Positions 54,701 through 64,000 of a stretch of 64,000 bases of DNA are shown piece after piece. The position numbers were made by a program, and so were the translations under genes. The stretch's first letter is position 1. The number at the start of each line of letters is the position of its first letter. The DNA comes from the human T2T-CHM13v2.0 reference genome, Homo sapiens: assembly GCF_009914755.1 (NCBI RefSeq), contig NC_060931.1. One strand, 5' to 3'. Under the pieces are notes generated by a model. That model did not search any database and had not been told where the DNA came from. It saw nothing but the letters and a program-made list of their open reading frames with translations.

Positions 54701-55777
54701 ATAGAAGGAATAAAAAGAAATTAAACCTAGATAACACAAAAAGCATGTTCATTTTAAGTGTGACAACTTCAGATCCTACAAATTCACTAATTGGCCTCTA
54801 TGGCACTGAAGGAGAACAGATTAATGTACTCTTGGTGTAAAACATATTAATGCACAGAGAATTAAAAGATCTTCAGGTATATGATTCAAATTGTAATGAG
54901 GGGCAATGTACTCAACATCAATATTCCTAATGAGGCATTATGGTATCAACTGTACCTAGGCAGGAGACTACACTTATGTTGAGCAGTTATAGAATTCAAA
55001 ATAACTCTGTTAAAATTTGATAATCCATTCTGTTCACAGATCTGGTCACCACCTAGCATTCGCTTTGAGAGAAGTTCCTTTATTCTCTCCAGTTACATCT
55101 GCTCTTATTTCAGTATAAGTTGAACCCAGTTGTCTTACTTCCAGAAGTCCAAAGTTACTTCTTTTCTTGGGAAAAAAATTTACTGTGACTCCTGGAAACA
55201 GAAGTTCTCACTTTATCATTTTTCTGATCTATTTAATATTATACCTTCTCATTTTAAGTTCCTTTTCCCGCTCTCCAGAAGTGAGTGTTCCTTAGCGTTC
55301 TGTTCTCGGTCCCCCTCAAGCCCAGTCTTGCTGTTGGTGGTCTACATCTTTGCTTTTGTCACAGGGAAGTCACTCCTCTAGATGCTATCTTCAGCTTTTT
55401 CTTGAAATATTTCCATTCTACCAAAACTGTTCTCCTAAAGATTAAAATTACGTATTTCCCAGACCAAAAGACGCATGTGTGTTTCTTTGCCTGCTTGATC
55501 TCTTTGAAGCTCTTGACAATACTGACCATGCCCTAAGTCCTGAGCATTAATTTTTGCTCAGTTTCATTTACATCATTTTCAACTAGTTTCTCATTTTCTC
55601 TCTATTCTTTTTGTTTTCAATGCAGCTCCCAGAAACTAAATCTATCCATTTAATATTCTTTTTCCCAGGAAAATTCTTCTCATTCTATTTAAAGTGTAAT
55701 ATTCTAGTTTAATGGGAAAGTTTTTTGTTGTTGTTGTTTAGCCTTTTAAAAATCTCTACTGAAAAAATTTTGGATAT

Positions 55778-55964
<187 letters not shown>

Positions 55965-56402
55965 TTGTGAAATGTGGTCTGAGACAACTTTTCTCAGTGT
56001 CACCTGAGGCATGGGTTAAACAGGTATATTCTAGGACAGGTTCAGAATTTCAGAGTCGAAATTTCTTGTTGGTGGACTTTAGGAATACGTATCATTGCTC
56101 CTGAGTATTTCTGTTAGTGCTGAAGTTCTGCCCCAAGGACTTCGTAAGATTAATAACATCGCAAATCTTCTGTAGTGCTTTAAAATTTTGTTCTTCATTT
56201 TTTTATTCTCACTTTCTTCTCTTTCCTTTTCCACTTCCTCTTATGTTTTCCTTAATCTTCAACTTTCCTAAGCACCTGCAAGTGGGATTGGAGCCTTGTT
56301 TAACATCGTCCATGTAGCAAAATAAGGATGAGGCCAAATATTTGAACCAAGGATCCCCATCTCCTATGGAAGGTGCCCTGAGGTTGTGGGTGTTGCTGGG
56401 GA

Positions 56403-56414
56403 CATGATGTCATG
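56403..56414 (+). promoter_or_regulatory. Vbeta promoter CRE-like element (TRBV17)
   Basis: CATGATGTCATG near-palindrome about 110 bp upstream of the ATG. Confidence 0.75.
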
Positions 56415-56521
56415 GCCAGATCCTACATCATGCGGCCAAGGGAACCCAGAACTTTCACTGCTCTTTGCTACTGCACATCAGAACCCATCGCTGGGAGTGT
56501 CTTGCACTGCCTGACCTCACC

Positions 56522-57254
<733 letters not shown>

Positions 57255-57293
57255 CACTGCATGGCTGAGTCAGTTCCCTCCAGGGTGCAAACC
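57255..57293 (+). other. Degenerate 23-RSS of TRBV17
   Basis: CACTGCA + 23 nt + GTGCAAACC. Confidence 0.75.
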
Positions 57294-58149
57294 CTCTGGC
57301 TGCTCTTCTCCCAGTTGAACTCCAAGAAAACATTTGAAAAAGCCTCTTCCTTATCTTCCTACCCCAGAAGAAAGAAGCGAGTTGATTGTTGTGGCTGCAG
57401 CTGCTACCGGGAGAGTACAAGACCATGAATTAAGGTCTTAAATGGTCATGATGGGCACACTGGACAATGGGCTCCTGAAACTACCCAAATACAAAATGAG
57501 ACATTCTGTGGATCAGGAGGAATCCACATGTTTAGAAGGAAGGGCCCCAGACCAATTTCCAAGTTCAGAGACCAGCTATCTGAGGTTGATATTACTTACC
57601 AAAACACAAAAACATTCCTACTGATTTTATCTCAAACACAGTTCTCCTGCAAACTCTTCCCCCACCAACGTACCCCAGCAGAGGCAATGACATGTACATT
57701 TATGGAACAGCCTGTTGACTACTGCAGATCCATCTCTTCAATAAGACCAACTTTCCCTGGAGGTCAGTGACTAAACCAAACCGCAAGGCAGACAGCAACA
57801 CGACCCTCTTAGGGGATGGATGCCAGAGAAACACTGACTAAAATCCCCACTCGGGGACTGTCCTAGCACATTCAGTTCCTCACACAGCTGCCCAGGGGAG
57901 CGCGACGTTTTATTCTGTTACTTCAAACACTCATCTGTTCCTCTCTCTCTCTTGCAGGCCCTAGACTCACAGACACTGGAATTAGAGTCAGAAAAATTGC
58001 TTTCTAATCCCAAAACTGGTTTTGTTTACTCCCCTTCAGCTGTGAAATCTTGGCAAATGCTCTTACTTCTCTGGGACTCAGTGTCCTCCTCTTCAAAATT
58101 AGAGACTTGCTCCACTTAGTCTCTAAGATCTGATACAAATATGATTATT

Positions 58150-58620
58150 TGACTTGCTATTTATTTATTTATACAAATATTAGAATATTTATGTATACAT
58201 TTAACATAAATATATTTATATTTAATAAAAACATAAAATTTATAACATTTTATATAAATTTATATCAATAATATATATTTATTGATATACTTATATCACA
58301 TAAGAGATATATAAATATATGCAAATATATTTTATGTAAATTTTAATACAAATATAAAAAATACATTTTCTATATAAGTATATATAAATACTTATATATA
58401 AATGTATTTTATACATTTATATATAAATATATATATAAATATATATTTATATATAAATACAAATACTTATATATATTTATATATAAGTATTAATATATAA
58501 ATATATGTGTTTATATATTATTATATATAAATAATATATAAATATATGTGTTTATATATTATTATATATAAATAATATATAAATATATGTATTTATAATA
58601 TTTATCTATTTATCTATCTA
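58150..58620. repeat. AT-rich low-complexity/(TA)n-derived tract
   Basis: Nearly pure A/T, with an internal unit (ATATAAATATATGTGTTTATATATTATT) repeated. Confidence 0.9.
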
Positions 58621-58817
58621 CAGCTATTTTACACATGTGACAATCAGGGTTGCGATGGAAGACATCACTACAAGCTGGAAAATATGAACATAATTACATA
58701 TGCAGATAACACAGATCCAGAGACTATCTGATTGCAAGGAACATTATAGATCACCCCTATATACCATAACTTTGAAGCTAATTTGAAATGTGGTTTGTGA
58801 AAGTATTATACATTTCC

Positions 58818-58850
58818 TGCAATCCCCTCCACTGCTGCTAGATGGCAGTA
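58818..58850 (+). promoter_or_regulatory. Candidate CTCF site with upstream module
   Basis: TGCAATCCC...CTGCTAGATGGCAGTA. Confidence 0.6.
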
Positions 58851-58904
58851 AAGGAACGTGTTAGAAAGTCTGGGGAGGGGACCTCATGATTTATTTACCG
58901 CGCA

Positions 58905-59020
58905 GTCATGATTTACCACGCAATCACGGTTTAGTCTTGTTGTCCTGTCATAATTAATAGTATCCTCTTTCACATACAAAAGTGTCTCAATTTGAACATT
59001 AAACTATACGGTCATTGTAG
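58905..59020. mobile_element. MER81-like hAT MITE
   Basis: GTTGTCCTGTCATAATTAATAGT...AAAAGTGTC...TATACGGTCA resembles MER81 as I recall it. Confidence 0.5.
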
Positions 59021-60254
59021 ATAATGACACAAATGATAGCATCTCTGTTGAAAGTAAATTGTTTATTAATGTTGCAGTACCTTCATTTCTTTGTTTCGGT
59101 TTAATGAAATAGATTTTTTAAATTATAGAATAAATAAACACGAAGCTATAGCATTGGTCTGCTTTTTGTCATTTTACTATTTAAATATATCTCAGCCCTA
59201 CTTACAGTTTGTATTAGCGATATGTGGTGTATGAAGCCTCAACTTAAAAACTCAGCTTGGTCTTCGTAGTGCTTCTGTCACTGTCTGCCCAGCACCCACT
59301 GCCTCTCAATGTGTTCCAACGTTTCCCAATTCCTACCTGCTAATAAACCTACCAGGATATTTCCAGACCTATTTTCTCTGTGAAGAAAACCAAGCGACAT
59401 TGACTTTCCCTCATTCATCTACTAATACATAAATGTCACCACATGCCAGTGACAACGGGGTAAAATAAGTAATAAAAGTGAAATAGGATAAAAGAATTGT
59501 TATACATTTATTGGCCTTCCGGAGAAATCCACCCTCTTCTCTCTAGTCTCCTGCGCACCCTGCCAACAATGTCATTGGCTGTAAAAATACCTCATGTTCA
59601 TTTAACACTCTACAGTTTACTGAGTAATTTGTTGTTTTATTTTCATGCTTTAATTATATGTTTCCAGGTTCTCTGAGCTTTTGAGCTCCTGCTCTTCCCA
59701 GATGGGCTTTCATAACAAGGCCAGCCCCTTTCTCTCTCCCCTTCCGCCAGTGCCCATCATTTGAACCAAATTTTCTTCCTGTCTCTCTTACTTGATTCTT
59801 TCCCAACCTGTGCCTTCTGTTTGGTCTCTTAAAATATTTCCCTATTCAGTGATAACTCCCTTAATGAAGGCATCTTTATTGACTGCCTTGGAAATCCTCA
59901 GAATTATAGAAACATCTTTCATGTCCACCTTGGCATGTTTTATATGTTTCACATATATTTTCATAAATAATAAAAAAGTTATATATTTTCCATACGTAAT
60001 AAAAATGTCCCTTCAACATGCGTAATATATAACAAGATTAGTGATCTTCCACCTAATGTCTTGGACAATGTGACTTCTGTCTGATAGGTATAGTCTTTGA
60101 CCCCTACTTACTCATGATTAAAGAAATACCTTTCTCTCAAAGGAACTATCTGTGTTCACAGCGTTAAGTCTCATCCTGGATGCTGCAAGAAGACGTTCAA
60201 ATGTCCACTGCCCACCCAGGTATGTGATGCTGCCTGCCATGGGTCACTAGAAGG

Positions 60255-60688
60255 TGATAGTTAAAAGTGTAGGCTCTGGAATCAAACAATGCAGACCACA
60301 ATTCTGGCTCCTCTGCTCAAATGCTATGTGAACGTGAGCAAGACTGTGAACCTCTCTATGCCTCACTTCCTCACCTCTAAAATGAAGATAATAGTACCTA
60401 CCTGAGGCTGAGCACAGTGGCTCATGCCTGTAAATCCCAGCATTTTGGGAGGCCGAGGTGGGTGGATCATCCCAGGTTGGGAGTTCGAGACCAGCCTGAC
60501 CAACATGGAGAAACCCTGTCTCGACTAAAAATACAAAATTAGCTGGGCGTGGTGGCACATACCTGTAATCCCAGCTACTCAGGAGGCTAAGACAGGAGAA
60601 TCTCTTGAACTCGGGAAGCGGAGGTTGTGGTGAGCCAAGATTGCACCATTACACTCCATCCTGGATGACAAGAGTGAAACTCTGTCTC

Positions 60689-60732
<44 letters not shown>

Positions 60733-60810
60733 CTACCTGATAGTATTGGGTTAAATAAGATAATTCATGAAAATCCCTAGTGTGGTGCCTAAAACTCAAA
60801 CGCTAATATA
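60255..60810 (+). mobile_element. MIR interrupted by an Alu (60405-60730, (TAA)n tail)
   Basis: GGCTCTGGAATCAAAC...CCTCACTTCCTCACCTCTAAAATG MIR core; TACCTACCTGA duplicated around the Alu. Confidence 0.85.
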
Positions 60811-61694
60811 CATAGGTTTGGCCTAATATTATGAGGTGTTATTATTTAGGATTGCTGTGCTTCAGCTTTTTGTTGAGTTTCACGGTTTGGCTCTTACTGG
60901 ACCACTGACAGAAGCAACTCCATGACTGGTTATTCTGTCATTACCCCCAGATACTGTGCGATACCTTCCAAATCTACTACAAACAACGAGTGTGCATTTC
61001 TCTTGCTTGTTCCATCCAAGAGGAAAGAGATCTGTCCAGAGATGTCATTCTGCTTCAGTCAACCCAGCCGTGCCAGACAATATCAGCATAAATGTCAAAA
61101 TTACCATATGTGGTCAACATATGCTGATACTGTGACCATATGCTACATGGGACTTGTTCCCTTAATTGTGAATAAGAGAACTATTCGTGTAGGTGTTATT
61201 ATCCCCAATTTTATAGGCTCAGAAAGAGTAATACTTGGTCCAATGTCTCACAACTGTATGTTTCATGGCAAAGATTGGAAATGAAGCAATAACTTTTTTC
61301 TAGTAAAATTACAAGAATGACCTTAATTTCTTTCTAAGCAAACGTAGCGTATCATCACAACAGTTATGTTAAATCAGCTCAATAATCTCCTAGAAGAACA
61401 TATTATAATATTCATTAGAGGTGGTATGGGCTTTAAGAGGGAGAAAAAACTAGGCAGGATATTGCTATACGTGAAGTACCATGCTAGATATTTCACATAT
61501 GGTATTTCATTTCATCCATACCAGCAACCCAAAATTATGTTATTTATCCCTGTTTTACTAACAAAGAAATTGAAGTTTAAGGAGGGTAAGTGCAGGATGA
61601 ACACTAAGCCAATTGTAGAGCTGGCTTTTGTAATCAGGGATTTTATTTAATTCGATTTGCTCTACTATCATCATGTTGAATTAAGAATGGCAAA

Positions 61695-62222
<528 letters not shown>

Positions 62223-62710
62223 AAATTTAAAAAAATGTGTGTGTGTGTGTGTGTGTGTGTGTATACATATATATACTTTTTTTTTTTTTTTAAAGAATGA
62301 GAAAGGAACTAGAACAAGCAGAGAGAAAAAGCCCAGGGGCACGACAGCTAAAGGATGACTAATGGAAGTTGAAAATAGGAAGCTGAAAGGTACAGAAATA
62401 CTGCGGGAAGACAAACTACAAATTATGTGGAGAAAGACAAGAATAAGAACAGTTCCCAGAGGTCTGAACACAGCACATTATGTCTTCTTGCTATACAGTG
62501 GCCACCAAACTTGTCAATACTGTAGGCAAATGCTAGTGTCATTGCTTGTGGCTAAGCAGAAATTTTGACACTTGGGAAGGTTGGCATGAGATTGAACAGT
62601 TGCCATGGTGACCTGCCATAGATATTTTGATTGATGATGAGTAGACACAAAGTGCCAATGCTTAAGACCTAGCTTCAGATACTTAGGATTTAGTGGAGAG
62701 GCTGTTTTGA

Positions 62711-63021
<311 letters not shown>

Positions 63022-63193
63022 TGACTATTTCTGACATCTGACTTAGGCTGCACAGGAGGTGGGGTTTCTTGACAGGGAGGAGCTAATGTAGGGACTGTGA
63101 TGTGCCAGGCTATTTGGGTTGGGGTGGAGAAACCACAGAGAGACAGACATAAGCTCTCTCCCTTATTTATAGGACATACCTACTGGTCCTGCC

Positions 63194-63659
63194 CTAGGCC
63201 CCAGATTCTTTGTTAGTGGCCTTTTCTACTGGGAGCAGGTGGGGCATTCCAGTTTCAGGTGTTCTGGGACCTGGCTTGAAGTTTTTCACTGATGGCTGCA
63301 TCATTAGGCTCGCTCTTTTGCCCTTTCCTCAGTTCCTGTCTTTTTTTCACTTTCAGTCACCTAGAAACGACAATATCCAATCAGAAGTTGAGAATGAGAC
63401 AAGTTTGGGAAGACATTGAGGAATGTCTCATATTGTGGTATTGATAAATCTAGAGATGGGGCCACAGCTTGCTTATAGCTGCTTAGAGTAAAATGATTAA
63501 TCAGAAAAAGTAATTTCCAAGGATTTGTAGTCAGTCTGCCTGAGGCTAATACATTTATTCACAGCAAAATATCTGCTGCCTAAAATGACTCTGCAAGTTA
63601 CCCCTACAATACCAGCTACTCAGAGTGATGCAATCACCTGGTTGCAATAGGAAATTATC
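63194..63659 (+). pseudogene. TRBV relic downstream of TRBV17
   Basis: CCTGCC-CTAGGCCCCAGA...CTACTGGGAGCAG|GT leader with the ATG lost; acceptor at 63332; QSPRN at 63354; WY at 63436 followed by LEMGPQL; DSASY at 63587; CAGAGTG heptamer remnant at 63621-63627, 288 nt after the acceptor. Confidence 0.72.
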
Positions 63660-64000
63660 CTGGCTTCAGTTATCTAGTAGAACAGGTGTACATATCAATC
63701 TTAGAGCTCTTGAGAAGACCCAGTAGCCCCAGACCCGTGCAATTATATTATAAGCACTCAAGTAACTTCTCAGCTAAAGGAAGAATGATGAAGCAGGAAA
63801 GAGAGAAAAATGATTTGTATTTTTTGTGGTTAACTTGCTTAGAAATTTTAGGGAGGATAAACTCAATCTTGACTAATAGGAAATTTAATTAATTTAGAGA
63901 GTTATTAAATAATAGCTCCTCCACATCAGGGACTATGATAAATGTTATTAACAACACAAAGAAGAATAAGACTTTCCCTTCTAGGAACATACCATTTAGT

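Noticed and set aside
57940-57995. Polypyrimidine-TGCAG followed by CTCACAGACACTGGAATT (DTGI-like FR1 start)
   Set aside because: It is too short and runs into MIR-like sequence, so a chance match is plausible.
60225-61150. CCTGCCATGGG start context at about 60234 and CCCCCAG|ATACTGTG at about 60945 as another possible relic
   Set aside because: No recognisable Cys, Trp or YxC landmarks follow, so the evidence is too thin.

Overview
This is human germline genomic DNA from the V-segment array of the T-cell receptor beta locus (TRB, 7q34), with all genes on the + strand. It carries eight recognisable unrearranged V segments in order: TRBV11-3, 12-3, 12-4, 12-5, 14, 15, 16 and 17. Each has a 49-nt leader exon, an intron, a V exon and a 23-bp-spacer RSS, and most have a CRE-like promoter decamer. 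TRBV12-3 and 12-4 lie in a head-to-tail duplication of about 3.31 kb with a homogenised core. About seven decayed V-gene relics, plus one duplicated copy, can be read from the sequence. They sit 0.9-2.5 kb upstream of the intact genes, several are split by old repeats, and three are preceded by a co-oriented CTCF motif, giving a repeating CTCF-relic-gene module. Repeats include many Alus, MaLR and ERV1 solo LTRs, and a TSD-bounded L1PA with a deleted RT region that carries a nested AluY and an SVA. There is also a TSD-bounded 3'UTR retrocopy whose parent I cannot name. Most ORFs in the track are spurious repeat translations. The locus is well known, and I found no evidence of a wholly new biological system; the most novel-looking signals are the relic architecture and the orphan retrocopy.
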